Position numbers and translations under genes: made by a program
The notes under the pieces: generated by a model
Told to the model about the DNA's origin: nothing
The model's database searches: none
Seen by the model: only the letters and a program-made list of their open reading frames with translations
In this document: piece after piece, positions 35,840 to 45,434 of the stretch
Numbering within the stretch: the stretch's first letter is position 1
Layout: every line of letters starts with the position of its first letter
NCBI GenBank assembly: GCA_964590895.1
Contig: CAZPYV010000001.1
Location: 262,164-326,163, forward strand
DNA from: an uncultured Methanoregula sp.
Lineage (GTDB): Archaea > Halobacteriota > Methanomicrobia > Methanomicrobiales > Methanospirillaceae
Reading direction: 5' to 3'
Length of the DNA: 64,000 nucleotides

Positions 35840-36874
35840 ATGGCAAAGATGATTCCTTCTCCCCATTCACAGGCAACGGGTATCGGGTCTCTTCCAAATT
35901 TGGATCCGCTTGAAGCTTGCCAGGATGTGCTGGAAATCTTTCCTGCGTTTCCTTATATTCCCTCCCTGCCCCGCAGGGGATTGTTAGAAAGAATTGTTTT
36001 TAATGATTCTGAACAGTTACCCGGCCGAATCATACGGGATGAACGGCTCTTCTTTGACAGCGCTTCTGACCAGACTGCAGCCATGGAACAGGTGTACATG
36101 GATTATGTTGAGGGAAATTTTGCACCCTATGCCCTGCACACCGAATATTCATCAGCATTTACCGAGATGATGATGCGTAAGCTTCCTGATATCAGCATCC
36201 TGAAATTCCAGATCACCGGACCGGTCACTTTCGGCATGCAGGTGGTAGATGAAGCCAAACGCCCGATCTATTTTGATACACAACTGGCCGATGTACTGGG
36301 AAAGATGCTGGCTTTAAAGGCACGCTGGTGCGAAGTGGAAATGCAGGAAAAGACCGGTGTTAAAGAGACCCTGATTTTTCTTGACGAACCCTATTTTGCA
36401 TCGCTGGGATCTTCTGTTGTTCCTGTTGACCAGGAGACGGTAAGGGCTAATTGGGAAGATGCTGCGGCACTGGTAAAAGGAGGGTTAGGGGTTCATTGCT
36501 GCTCGAATACGGACTGGGAATTTGTTATCGGCCTTAATCCTTCAGTTGTGTCACTCGATGCATATACAACGGCTAAAGAGTTCCTGTTGTACGCTGATAC
36601 GATCGTTCCTTATATGGAGCGCGGAGGTGTTGTCGCATGGGGCATTGTCCCTTCTGACCCACAGCTTTTTACTCAAGAGACCACGGATTCACTCTATAGC
36701 AAATATATCGATATCCGCACGCGGCTCTGTAACTGTATGCCAGAAGATCTCTTTGATGCCCAGTCATTAATTACACCAAGTTGTGGGATCCGTTTTGCTG
36801 ATCGCCCCACTGCCCGGGCAATTATGCAGGCAGCAGCAGAAATTTCGCATCGTATCCGTAATAAAAACGGATGA
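35840..36874 (+). CDS. core MetE-like (cobalamin-independent methionine synthase C-terminal barrel only) Zn-dependent methyltransferase
   Basis: At 344 aa this is about half of a full MetE. The N-terminal motif TGIGSLP resembles T..GS.P. A candidate Zn-ligand motif GVHCCSNTDW fits H-x-C, and ITPSCGIRF fits the C-terminal P.CG. The family call is by pattern, not by search. Confidence 0.6.
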   Translation: MAKMIPSPHSQATGIGSLPNLDPLEACQDVLEIFPAFPYIPSLPRRGLLERIVFNDSEQLPGRIIRDERLFFDSASDQTAAMEQVYMDYVEGNFAPYALHTEYSSAFTEMMMRKLPDISILKFQITGPVTFGMQVVDEAKRPIYFDTQLADVLGKMLALKARWCEVEMQEKTGVKETLIFLDEPYFASLGSSVVPVDQETVRANWEDAAALVKGGLGVHCCSNTDWEFVIGLNPSVVSLDAYTTAKEFLLYADTIVPYMERGGVVAWGIVPSDPQLFTQETTDSLYSKYIDIRTRLCNCMPEDLFDAQSLITPSCGIRFADRPTARAIMQAAAEISHRIRNKNG

Positions 36875-36896
36875 TTGCAGTCAGAAAGGAACATCC

Positions 36897-37664
36897 ATGT
36901 CCCACCATCCCTTTGTCATAGTAATTTCCGGAAAAGGCGGGACCGGAAAGACCACCCTCAGTTCACTGCTCATCCGCTCCTTACTCGAAACTGGAGAAAA
37001 GCCGGTGCTCGCAGTAGATGCTGACCCTAATGCAAATCTTCACGAGGCTCTTGGGGTTACGGTCGGTGAGACGCTGGGCAGCATGCGCGAAGAAGCATTT
37101 ACAAGAAAGATACCTCCCGGAATGAACCGGCATGATTATGTCCGTTTCAGGTTCCGGCAGGCGCTTGTTGAAGCAGAAGGATTTGATCTCATTGCAATGG
37201 GAAGACCTGAAGGCAGCGGGTGTTACTGTTTTGCAAACGATCTCCTTTCAGAATGTATAACAGAGCTGGAACGGGAATATCGTTTCATTGTTATCGACAC
37301 TGAAGCAGGAATGGAACATATCAGCAGGGGGACGATAGGAAAACCCAATATGCTGTTGATAGTCAGTGATCCCGGAGCACGGGGGCTGCGAACAATAGTA
37401 CGAATACGAGAGATCGCCACCCAGCTCGGGCTGGAACCGGCAAAGATCCATATCGTTTTTAATAAATACAAAACCGGAACTGCCCCTGTGGATATCGGCA
37501 ATGAAACGCCTATTGCAATTCTTCCTTATGATCCAAAAGTAGAGGCTGCCGATCTTGCTGCAACGCCGGTTTCACAAATTCCTCCTGACAGTCCCGCCCG
37601 GATTGTTGTAAAGGGGCTTGCAGAAAAAATCAGCACCCTTGCAAAAGAAAACACCAATCATTAA
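36897..37664 (+). CDS. cooC: CooC/AcsF-type nickel-insertion ATPase
   Basis: The deviant Walker A is SGKGGTGKTT and the metal-binding C-x-C is GSGCYCFAN. I used the ATG at 36897 (MSHHPF); the track start at 36783 would overlap the upstream gene. Confidence 0.85.
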   Translation: MSHHPFVIVISGKGGTGKTTLSSLLIRSLLETGEKPVLAVDADPNANLHEALGVTVGETLGSMREEAFTRKIPPGMNRHDYVRFRFRQALVEAEGFDLIAMGRPEGSGCYCFANDLLSECITELEREYRFIVIDTEAGMEHISRGTIGKPNMLLIVSDPGARGLRTIVRIREIATQLGLEPAKIHIVFNKYKTGTAPVDIGNETPIAILPYDPKVEAADLAATPVSQIPPDSPARIVVKGLAEKISTLAKENTNH

Positions 37665-37672
37665 AAAGATAT

Positions 37673-38215
37673 TCAAAGGAAAACTGCAACTGCAATGGTT
37701 GTTGTCCAGAGACCGTTTTTGTCTCCTTCAGCGGACTGACAGGTATTTTTTGTCTTGATGATCTTGCCACTTGCCTTGTATATCTGTTCACGTTCCTGCC
37801 ATGCAAGGTTTACATCGAATTCAATGCCAAGCGTAGTTGCCAGCATTGTTGCGGCAAGATCTTCAGCATATTCTCCGGTCTTTTCCTGGGTTTCCCCATA
37901 GGCATGATGCTCAGAGAGGTACCCGTACTCTTCAGAATCCTTGGGCAGTGCAAGACCGATTGCTGAGGATACCAGCCGGTTTGGTTCGTTTGTCTCATTC
38001 CGTGCCATGACGCAGAAGGTGATCCCCCCCGGAAGCAGTTGCTTTAATCCATCGGTCCTGGATAATTGCTTACAGTTGGGGGGGAATATACTCGAAACAT
38101 ACACAAGATTGCACTTCTCTATCCCGGCCTTTCTCAGAGCAAGCTCAAAAGAAGCAAGGCGGTCTTTATGGACGCCAACTCCTTTAGTGAAAAAGATCTT
38201 GGACGGAACAAACAT
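37673..38215 (-). CDS. pdaD: pyruvoyl-dependent arginine decarboxylase
   Basis: The N-terminus is [28 protein letters not shown], the self-cleavage region is VYVSSIFPP, and the size is 180 aa. Confidence 0.9.
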   Translation of the reverse strand: MFVPSKIFFTKGVGVHKDRLASFELALRKAGIEKCNLVYVSSIFPPNCKQLSRTDGLKQLLPGGITFCVMARNETNEPNRLVSSAIGLALPKDSEEYGYLSEHHAYGETQEKTGEYAEDLAATMLATTLGIEFDVNLAWQEREQIYKASGKIIKTKNTCQSAEGDKNGLWTTTIAVAVFL

Positions 38216-38356
38216 ATTTTTTAAATATTATCTGTTTCCTTTTTAAGTTTTGGCCATTTTGATGAAAAACAGATGAAATCAAAGGATTTTTACCCTGAAT
38301 TTTCGGGACGCGCCCTTTCAGGAGTTTTTTTGCACTATTGTTTGTGAACCTGACCC

Positions 38357-39049
38357 TTATTTTCCAGAAAGGCTTGCCAGGATATCAGGTAATTCATTCA
38401 TCGCATCAATCGTAAAATCCGCCTTAAACTCACTCCGGTCGTCAGAGAATCGGTCACCATACCGGGCATAAACCGAACATATGCCCAGTAACCTGCAGGG
38501 TTCAATATCGCGCCTTGGACTGTCTCCTACTAACAACACCTCATGAGTATTTGCTTTCATCATCTCAAGGGCAAAGAGGAAAGGATCGGGAGCGGGTTTC
38601 TTTACACCTACCATATCGTAGGTCACCATCCCACAAAAAAACGGGAGAAGTCCGGCTTTTTCAAGACGAAGTGTCGCATCTTTAGAATGAGCGTCGGTGA
38701 TAATACCCATAGGATACCCCCATTCCCGGAGTAATTCAAGAGTTTCTTTTACACCGGAATATGGAGTTATATGTTTAAGTTTCTCGCTCTCGTAAATCCG
38801 ACATGCTGTTTTATACATTCCATCATTGGAGAGCGAGCGATCATCCATGTAGTCAAGAATGTTTTCATGAGATTCAAATCCACGAACCGGGCGGAGGAAA
38901 TAATCAAAAAGCGCGTTTCCGTCATCCTTTCCAAGATATTTGGCAACCGCATGACAGGAGGAGATCTGGGCGCCGACAAGATCAAAGAGGGTATTGTCCA
39001 TATCGAATAAGACCGTAGTGATAGGTTTTTTAAGATTTTTTGGGGCCAT
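38357..39049 (-). CDS. HAD-superfamily hydrolase
   Basis: Motif I is VLFDMDNTLFD, motif II GIITDA and motif IV LLVGDSPRRDI. Confidence 0.75.
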   Translation of the reverse strand: MAPKNLKKPITTVLFDMDNTLFDLVGAQISSCHAVAKYLGKDDGNALFDYFLRPVRGFESHENILDYMDDRSLSNDGMYKTACRIYESEKLKHITPYSGVKETLELLREWGYPMGIITDAHSKDATLRLEKAGLLPFFCGMVTYDMVGVKKPAPDPFLFALEMMKANTHEVLLVGDSPRRDIEPCRLLGICSVYARYGDRFSDDRSEFKADFTIDAMNELPDILASLSGK

Positions 39050-39236
39050 TCTGGTATCAACTTATAGGTAAGAATCAAGATGAGTCTTTTGATTGTGATA
39101 AATATCCATAAGCTCCCCCATATCCAACCTGACCGGGCACATCCTGCAGTTTGATTGTTTATAAAAAACATGGTTTGACAGGTCAAAACAAGAAGGTATT
39201 TATACATTGATGTTTAATTTTGATTCATCTGGTTAA

Positions 39237-39297
39237 GTCAGACACTAAGACACTAAATGTCTGACATATGTATGACAAATGACAGACATATGTCAGA
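39237..39297 (+). promoter_or_regulatory. cluster of GTCAGACA / TGTCTGAC palindromic repeats between a TATA-like box and the RHH gene start (operator candidate)
   Basis: GTCAGACA at 39237-39244 pairs with TGTCTGAC at 39258-39265. TCTGACATATG at 39260-39270 is the exact reverse complement of CATATGTCAGA at 39287-39297. TTTGAC-ag-GTCAAA lies at about 39171-39186, and TTTATACA at about 39199. Confidence 0.4.
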
Positions 39298-39311
39298 AAC
39301 GTTGGGGTAAA

Positions 39312-39491
39312 ATGATGCAACGAATCACGCTCCGGTTGCCTGAACAGCAAATCAATCTGCTCCAGCAGATAGTAGACACGGGAGAATATCCTAATGTCTC
39401 TGAGGCTGTTCGGGCTGCGGTCCGCGAACTTGTTGAAAAACGTGCAAACCGTGTCTTAAAGGAGAGCGACCAGGTTTCATTTAAGGTTTGA
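39312..39491 (+). CDS. cdrS: ribbon-helix-helix (CopG-like) protein immediately upstream of ftsZ (CdrS-like)
   Basis: [39 protein letters not shown] fits the RHH fold pattern. The stop lies 11 nt before the ftsZ ATG. The arrangement matches the haloarchaeal cdrS-ftsZ2 pair, so the symbol is assigned by synteny. Confidence 0.7.
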   Translation: MMQRITLRLPEQQINLLQQIVDTGEYPNVSEAVRAAVRELVEKRANRVLKESDQVSFKV

Positions 39492-39502
39492 GAGGGTAGA
39501 AA

Positions 39503-40669
39503 ATGCAGAGCATTATTAACGACGCTTTAAAAAACGCCGACCTTGAAAAAGAGATGAACAAGGCTGGCAAATCAAATGAACTGGATGAGGACTTTTGCGG
39601 CCAGCCACGTATCGTTATTATCGGATGCGGTGGCGCGGGCAACAACACGGTAAACCGTATCCACCACATGGGTGTTTCCGGTGCAGAGACGATTGCAATC
39701 AACACTGACAAGCAGCACCTTGACATGATTCAGGCCGACAAACGCATCCTGATTGGTAAATCCTTAACCAAAGGTCTTGGCGCAGGTGGATACCCCGATG
39801 TTGGTAAACGTGCAGCTGAGATGGCACGCCCTACCCTTGAGGCAATTTTAGAATCCGCAGATCTTGTCTTTATCACAGCAGGTATGGGAGGAGGTACCGG
39901 TACCGGTTCAGCACCCGTTGTCGCATCTATTGCAAAAGAGCAGGGCGCAATTGTTGTCGGAATGGTCAGCTACCCGTTCCAGGTTGAAAAGGCCAGACTT
40001 ATCCGCGCAGAAGAAGGTCTTGAAGCACTTGCAGCAGCAGCTGACTCAGTGATTGTTCTTGACAACAACCGGTTGAAGAACTTCGTTCCGAACCTCCCGC
40101 TCGGTCAGGCATTCTCTGTCATGGACCAGCTCATTGGTGAGACCGTAAAAGGTATTTCTGAAACAATCACCGAGCCGTCACTCATCAACATTGACTATGC
40201 AGATGTCCGCGCCATCATGTCCAAGGGCGGCGTTGCAGTCATGCTCGTTGGGGAAAGCAAGCAGCAGAACAAAGCAGAAAGCGTAGTCCGCGAATGTTTA
40301 AGCAACCCGATGCTCGACATCGACTACCGTGGCGCAACCGGCAGCTTAATCCACATCACAGGAGGCACTGACCTTACCCTGCAGGATGCAGAAGAAGTAG
40401 CAACATCACTTACGTACGAACTCGATCCCCATGCAGATGTGATCTGGGGCGCCCGTGTACGCAGTGATATGGAAGGAAAGATCCGTGTTCTCGCTATCAT
40501 GACCGGTGTCAAGAGCGCGCAGATCCTCGGTACCCGCCAGTCCTACAAGACTATGGTCCAGGACATCGATAACAAGCGGTCAAATCCAAAAGCAGTTGAG
40601 ATGCCCCAAAGCAGAAGAAGCGGCAGGGACCAGCCAAGTGGCGGCGGCACTCTGGAATGGGTCGGTTAA
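39503..40669 (+). CDS. ftsZ: cell division GTPase FtsZ
   Basis: The signatures are [14 protein letters not shown], the tubulin signature [15 protein letters not shown], and NTDKQHL. Confidence 0.95.
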   Translation: MQSIINDALKNADLEKEMNKAGKSNELDEDFCGQPRIVIIGCGGAGNNTVNRIHHMGVSGAETIAINTDKQHLDMIQADKRILIGKSLTKGLGAGGYPDVGKRAAEMARPTLEAILESADLVFITAGMGGGTGTGSAPVVASIAKEQGAIVVGMVSYPFQVEKARLIRAEEGLEALAAAADSVIVLDNNRLKNFVPNLPLGQAFSVMDQLIGETVKGISETITEPSLINIDYADVRAIMSKGGVAVMLVGESKQQNKAESVVRECLSNPMLDIDYRGATGSLIHITGGTDLTLQDAEEVATSLTYELDPHADVIWGARVRSDMEGKIRVLAIMTGVKSAQILGTRQSYKTMVQDIDNKRSNPKAVEMPQSRRSGRDQPSGGGTLEWVG

Positions 40670-41156
40670 ACATACCGGAATAATTGTTAAACGAAAAATC
40701 TACAAAAAATCTTCAGTAATTCAGGGAAATGTTGGCCAATCCAACTACCAACATCCTTTTTGCAATAATTCTTAAAAAACGCAGAATCAATTATTTGTTA
40801 TATCGTCTTGTTGTCACTTCTGGTAAATTGGCGAAACGCTTAATAATTCCTCAATCCTTTAAAATATAGTACATTTGATCTGTCCTTTTGGAAGGATATG
40901 GGTTTTTCCTTTTCATATAAGGTGACACCCAGGTATCGGGAGTTGAACATCATGAACAGAGTGTTGAACAAAGACTTCAATTGGAAGTCTTCTACGCTGA
41001 TTGCATTTTCTGATGTTTTTTTCCCTGCATCCTGCATGCAGAGTTGGTATTTGAGTAACGTAAAAGAGTCAGATTTTTCTGCTCTTTTTAATAAATATAC
41101 TCGTTTACACTACTGCACTTCCAAAGACAGTAAAATCTGATGAGGAGTTGTAACGC

Positions 41157-42017
41157 ATGTTGAATGACCTTATGGAAAAGAGAAAGAAGACTCTTGCTGA
41201 GTCTGAAGAACACAAAAACCGTCGCAATGAACTTAATGCAGCTGCAAGCAAGTCCGCCCGCGAAAGAAACACGCTCAACAACCAGACCAGAGAGTTTGTA
41301 GAAGAGGCGCAGAAGAACAAGGATCTCAGGGACAAATATAATCAGGATGTCCTTGATGTCAAAGCCCAGCGCAACGATTTCAACGATAAGGCAAACGTAC
41401 TTTTCGAAGAGATTGAATCGTTTAAAAAGGATCATGGCACTGCAAAAAGCCGCGGCACCAAAGAGATCCAAAAGCAGATCGAATTAATGGAGTACCGCCA
41501 GCAGACCGAGGTCTTTACTACCGATAAGGAACGCGAACTGATCGAAAAGATCAAACAGATGAAAGGTCAGGTGAGGGAACAGGATGCCGAGTTTGAGCAG
41601 AACAAGGAGATGCGCACCAAGATCTCTGAAGCCCGCGATTTTCGAAAGCATGCATCCGATCTGCATGCAAAGGTAACTGAAGTAGCTGAACTTGCCCAGA
41701 AGCACCATGACCTGATGGTCGAGTCTTACCGCAAGGCAGATAAATCGCGCGAGGCTGCAGATGCAGCGCACAAGAGTTTTGTCGAAGCACAGGAGTCTGC
41801 AGATTCTGAGCACAAGTTCTTTATCTCCTGCCAGAAAGAACTTCGCGACTACGATAAGGTCATATCAGGTCTGCGCAAGAAGACCAAGAAAGTCAAAGTA
41901 ACTAAAGAGCAAAAAGCGGTCAGGAAAGAAGCAGAGAGCCTGTTTAAGAATTTCCGGGCCGGAGAAAAACTTACCACCGACGATATTTTACTCCTCCAGC
42001 GCTCAAAACTCATCTGA
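41157..42017 (+). CDS. conserved archaeal coiled-coil protein (COG1340-like)
   Basis: This 286-aa protein is Lys/Glu-rich with heptad-like sequence throughout. The family assignment is from memory. Confidence 0.65.
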   Translation: MLNDLMEKRKKTLAESEEHKNRRNELNAAASKSARERNTLNNQTREFVEEAQKNKDLRDKYNQDVLDVKAQRNDFNDKANVLFEEIESFKKDHGTAKSRGTKEIQKQIELMEYRQQTEVFTTDKERELIEKIKQMKGQVREQDAEFEQNKEMRTKISEARDFRKHASDLHAKVTEVAELAQKHHDLMVESYRKADKSREAADAAHKSFVEAQESADSEHKFFISCQKELRDYDKVISGLRKKTKKVKVTKEQKAVRKEAESLFKNFRAGEKLTTDDILLLQRSKLI

Positions 42018-42085
42018 TTTTCTTATCTTATTTTTTTCTCCGTCAATAAGGGTTTAATAGATTTACTGCAATTTTATTACTAGCG

Positions 42086-43219
42086 ATGACGCAGGGACGG
42101 ACATTGGTCCTCAGTGTCGATCGGGATGATGATATCGGCTGGAAAGCAAAAATTGACAGTCCGGTCATCGGTCGAGCGGCGACAGTAAAAGCAGCTAACA
42201 CATTAGCCCTTGCTGACCCTGAAGATTCAGATGTTAATGCAATCTTCATGGCTGTTAAAATCTACGATGAACTCACCGCCAAAGGAGAGGACACAGCCAT
42301 TGCGGTGATCGCAGGAAATCACCTGCACATGATCGAAGGAGATCGCAGGATTGCAGCATCGTTAGAACAGGTTGTAACAGAAACACAGGCAACAAACTGC
42401 ATCCTTGTTTCCGATGGCGCTGAAGATGAATATGTAGTTCCAATCATCCAGTCAAAAATTCCTGTATCCAGCATAAAACGGGTTATTGTCAACCAGATGC
42501 CCAATCTCGAAGGCACCTACTATATTTTAAAGAAATTATTCGATGACCCAAAGATATCAAGAATGATCTTCATCCCGCTCGGGCTTGCGATGCTGCTCTA
42601 TGCCTCTGCATACCTGCTGGGATATCCCGGTACTGCCACCATCATTGTCGTTGGCGTTATTGGTTGTTACATGCTCTATAAAGGATTCGGGTTTGATGAA
42701 ATTGTACACAGTGTGCTTGATGCACTACGAGTGTCCCTGTCGCGGGGAAGGTTCTCATTTATTACCTACTCCGCCACGATTCTTCTCATCATCATCGGGT
42801 TTACTACAGGATTTATCAATATCCTGAAGTATTATTCATCAGACTCAAGCCTTGGTATTCTGCTGTATCTGATGACATTTATCTATGGCGCTATTGAATG
42901 GCTGATTGTTGCCGGACTGGTGACATCCATTGGTGTGATTATCGACGTATATGTCAATGAGCGGGAGGCACTCGGTAAGGTGATAGTATTTCCGTTCTTT
43001 GTCACTGCTCTCGGCCTCATTCTCTATGGAGCCAGCGTGTACATAATTATTGTAAGCAGTGTTGCTGATTTCCCCCTTAATGCAGCAGCTGCGCAAAGTA
43101 TCATCATGTACTCAACAATAATTGGAATCATATCTGCGGTTCTGGGAGTGGTTATCCAGTACTTTGTAAATAAGAAAATGACAGAACTCCGCAAGCAGGA
43201 GATCATTGAAGTCATGTAA
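42086..43219 (+). CDS. DUF373-like membrane protein
   Basis: A soluble N-terminal domain (LVLSVDRDDDIG...ALADPEDSDVN) is followed by about 6 TM helices. The family name is recalled, not searched. Confidence 0.55.
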   Translation: MTQGRTLVLSVDRDDDIGWKAKIDSPVIGRAATVKAANTLALADPEDSDVNAIFMAVKIYDELTAKGEDTAIAVIAGNHLHMIEGDRRIAASLEQVVTETQATNCILVSDGAEDEYVVPIIQSKIPVSSIKRVIVNQMPNLEGTYYILKKLFDDPKISRMIFIPLGLAMLLYASAYLLGYPGTATIIVVGVIGCYMLYKGFGFDEIVHSVLDALRVSLSRGRFSFITYSATILLIIIGFTTGFINILKYYSSDSSLGILLYLMTFIYGAIEWLIVAGLVTSIGVIIDVYVNEREALGKVIVFPFFVTALGLILYGASVYIIIVSSVADFPLNAAAAQSIIMYSTIIGIISAVLGVVIQYFVNKKMTELRKQEIIEVM

Positions 43220-43282
43220 GAGTTAGTTAGTCAACCCTCCCACCAATTAGGTTGGATCGTATCAACATCCTGCAATAATTTT

Positions 43283-43480
43283 TTATTTTCCATACAAATT
43301 GAGGGCTGTCACCCTAAAAACCCCTGAATTGTGAGGAAAACCATGTCCTGATGGTGGTCGGCGCGATGCTTCGTCAGGTCGTGCCTGGGTAAAGCAGTTC
43401 AAGAGGTTGCATGTAAGCAAGATTTGGAGTTCCTCTTACCAACTGAAAACGCTGAAAAGGCAATTTTCTTTTATAATATT
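43283..43480 (+). repeat. copy A of a roughly 160-200 nt conserved hairpin-rich element (candidate sRNA or MITE-like repeat)
   Basis: The core at 43298-43456 aligns by eye (roughly 70-80 % identity) with the reverse complement of 48878-49035. The central hairpin is GGCGCGAU-n10-GUCGUGCC at 43360-43385. The element lies about 65-80 nt downstream of the stop of a plus-strand gene. Confidence 0.5.
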
Positions 43481-43510
43481 TCCCGGCTTTTAAAAAAAAC
43501 ACACAATATC

Positions 43511-44005
43511 TTACTTATTGACAGATTCTGAAACATTGGAGTATTGTGTCCCAGCATTGTTCATTGCGAAAAAACCCAGGCCGGCCGGGAACGCTTTAAC
43601 CATAGTAAAGTTCCGTGTCACCTGAGGAGTGTGAATCGTCAGGTTCGGGATTGCCACATTAAATTCATGGGAAGGATACCAGTATATGCCGTTCCCGTAC
43701 GAAAATGCTGCATCATCTACAATAAAGTCAGCACTGGAAAGATCGATGCGGGTTATTTGGGCATCCTCATAATTGAGGATCTTCAACAACTTTTTTTTGA
43801 GATCCTGTTTTCCCAGTAAAAAAAAGATGAATCGCGTACCTTCATCTACGGCGTAATTCACATGGATTGCTGCAGTCCCGTTATCAAGCTGAACAGTCAC
43901 ATCCTGAACCTTGATGTAACCATAACGATCTTCATTTGCGGCTAGCGCAGGAGTGACTAAGCACAGTAAAATGATGATCAGCAGCGCGATAGCACAGGCT
44001 CGCAT
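43511..44005 (-). CDS. hypothetical secreted protein
   Basis: The ATG at 44005 gives a signal-like N-terminus (MRACAIALLIIILLCLVTPALA). The track start at 44107 is TTG. Confidence 0.5.
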   Translation of the reverse strand: MRACAIALLIIILLCLVTPALAANEDRYGYIKVQDVTVQLDNGTAAIHVNYAVDEGTRFIFFLLGKQDLKKKLLKILNYEDAQITRIDLSSADFIVDDAAFSYGNGIYWYPSHEFNVAIPNLTIHTPQVTRNFTMVKAFPAGLGFFAMNNAGTQYSNVSESVNK

Positions 44006-44119
44006 GGCAGTACAAATTCGTGAATGCCGCTTAAATCGTTTTGGGTGATTTGTAGGCAGGCAGTCATCGGTTTTCATGAATTCGTGCCTGAAATAACGTT
44101 CTATCAAATAAAAATAAGA

Positions 44120-44401
44120 CTATGTATTATGGATCAGTATGATCTCGATGCTAGAAACATTGGTTTTTCCAGAATCGGTATCAATGACCTCAGTGGAAAT
44201 CACAATATCTTTTTTTGTAACTCCCACTAAAAACCGGTTTAAGGAGATCTCTGCAGTATCAACTGCACGGGAAATTGCCTTGCCTCTGGCTTTGATTGCC
44301 ACCTCCTCTGCACCATTGTTAAACTGCGTAACTACGGCAAGCACGTAGTTCATTACCGGTTTATTTCCTACAAATACGGTGTTTTCTCTTGGCTGCTGCA
44401 T
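44120..44401 (-). CDS. albA: DNA/RNA-binding protein Alba
   Basis: The 93-aa protein matches Alba ([46 protein letters not shown]). Confidence 0.9.
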   Translation of the reverse strand: MQQPRENTVFVGNKPVMNYVLAVVTQFNNGAEEVAIKARGKAISRAVDTAEISLNRFLVGVTKKDIVISTEVIDTDSGKTNVSSIEIILIHNT

Positions 44402-44414
44402 AAAGTCTCACCCG

Positions 44415-45434
44415 TTAAAGATACTTCTTCTTTACGATCAGTTCAGCATTCAGCACACTTGCGCCGGCAGCACCACGAATAGTATTATGTCCCATTGCAA
44501 CGAAACGCACACCCTCTCTAAGGCGTCCTACTGAAACGGTCATGCCCTTACCCCGCATCCGGTCAAGACGGGGCTGGGGGCGATCGGGTTCCTCTTCAAA
44601 GAAATGGACGGATTCTGCGGGTTGTGTCGGCAGTCCTTTTATTAAGGGTTTGTAATCCCGGTAGGCTTTTTTGAGTTTTTCAACCGGCTCTTTGATGTCA
44701 ACCCAGACTGCCATTGAATGCCCATCGATCACCGGCACTCGGTGGCAGCTGGCACTCACTTTAAACGAAGCGTTAGTAACTTTGTTACCTTTTAAGGTAC
44801 CCATAATCTTGAGCGTCTCAGTCTCCATCTTCTCTTCTTCTTTACCTATGTACGGGATGACATTATCATAAATCGACATGGCAGCAACTCCGGCAAATCC
44901 GGCCCCGGATATCGCCTGCATAGTTGCTACCCGGAGATCGGTGAATTTGAACTCCCGAATAGGTGCAAGTGCAGTCACCATCACAATCGTGGAACAATTC
45001 GGGTTGGTGACAATGAACCCGTCCCTGCCTGCATCCTTCTGGACGTCAATGAGACCGAGATGCTCCGGGTTCACTTCCGGAACAACAAGAGGGATGTCCT
45101 TTTCCATGCGGTAAGAACTCGCGTTGCTGCATACAGCGATTCCTGCATCAGCAAATTCCTTCTCCACATCAATGGCAATTTCTGCAGGAAGTGCAGAAAA
45201 TACCAAGTCTACATCCTTCATCGCTTTGGGTGAAGTAGGAACGACTTTGAGTTTTCCAATCTTTTCAGGAAACGGCGTGTCAAGACGCCAGTTCACGATC
45301 TTTCCATAGGGCTTTCCCGCGCTGCGATCGGATGCGGCGAGCTTCGACAGATTGAACCAGGGATGTTCCGCAAGTTGTTCAACAAATCGCTGACCTACCG
45401 CACCCGTTGCTCCGAGCACTCCAACATTGATCAT
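44415..45434 (-). CDS. asd: aspartate-semialdehyde dehydrogenase
   Basis: The NAD-binding motif is VGVLGATGAVGQRF and the active-site region is NPNCSTI. I used the ATG at 45434 (MINVGVLG). Confidence 0.92.
   Translation of the reverse strand: MINVGVLGATGAVGQRFVEQLAEHPWFNLSKLAASDRSAGKPYGKIVNWRLDTPFPEKIGKLKVVPTSPKAMKDVDLVFSALPAEIAIDVEKEFADAGIAVCSNASSYRMEKDIPLVVPEVNPEHLGLIDVQKDAGRDGFIVTNPNCSTIVMVTALAPIREFKFTDLRVATMQAISGAGFAGVAAMSIYDNVIPYIGKEEEKMETETLKIMGTLKGNKVTNASFKVSASCHRVPVIDGHSMAVWVDIKEPVEKLKKAYRDYKPLIKGLPTQPAESVHFFEEEPDRPQPRLDRMRGKGMTVSVGRLREGVRFVAMGHNTIRGAAGASVLNAELIVKKKYL

Noticed and set aside
36783-36896. Upstream extension of the CooC ORF, which would overlap the MetE-like gene by 92 nt
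   Set aside because: The extension encodes no CooC-like sequence. The internal ATG at 36897 gives the canonical N-terminus directly before the P-loop and leaves a 22-nt gap.
40747-40775. Shared short motif CAACATCCT(TTTT)TGCAATAATT downstream of ftsZ (40749) and downstream of the DUF373-like gene (43263), with a weaker ACCATCCTG next to copy B of the repeat
   Set aside because: Only about 19 matching nucleotides with an indel are shared. That is too short to distinguish from chance or from generic AT-rich terminator context without a genome-wide count.
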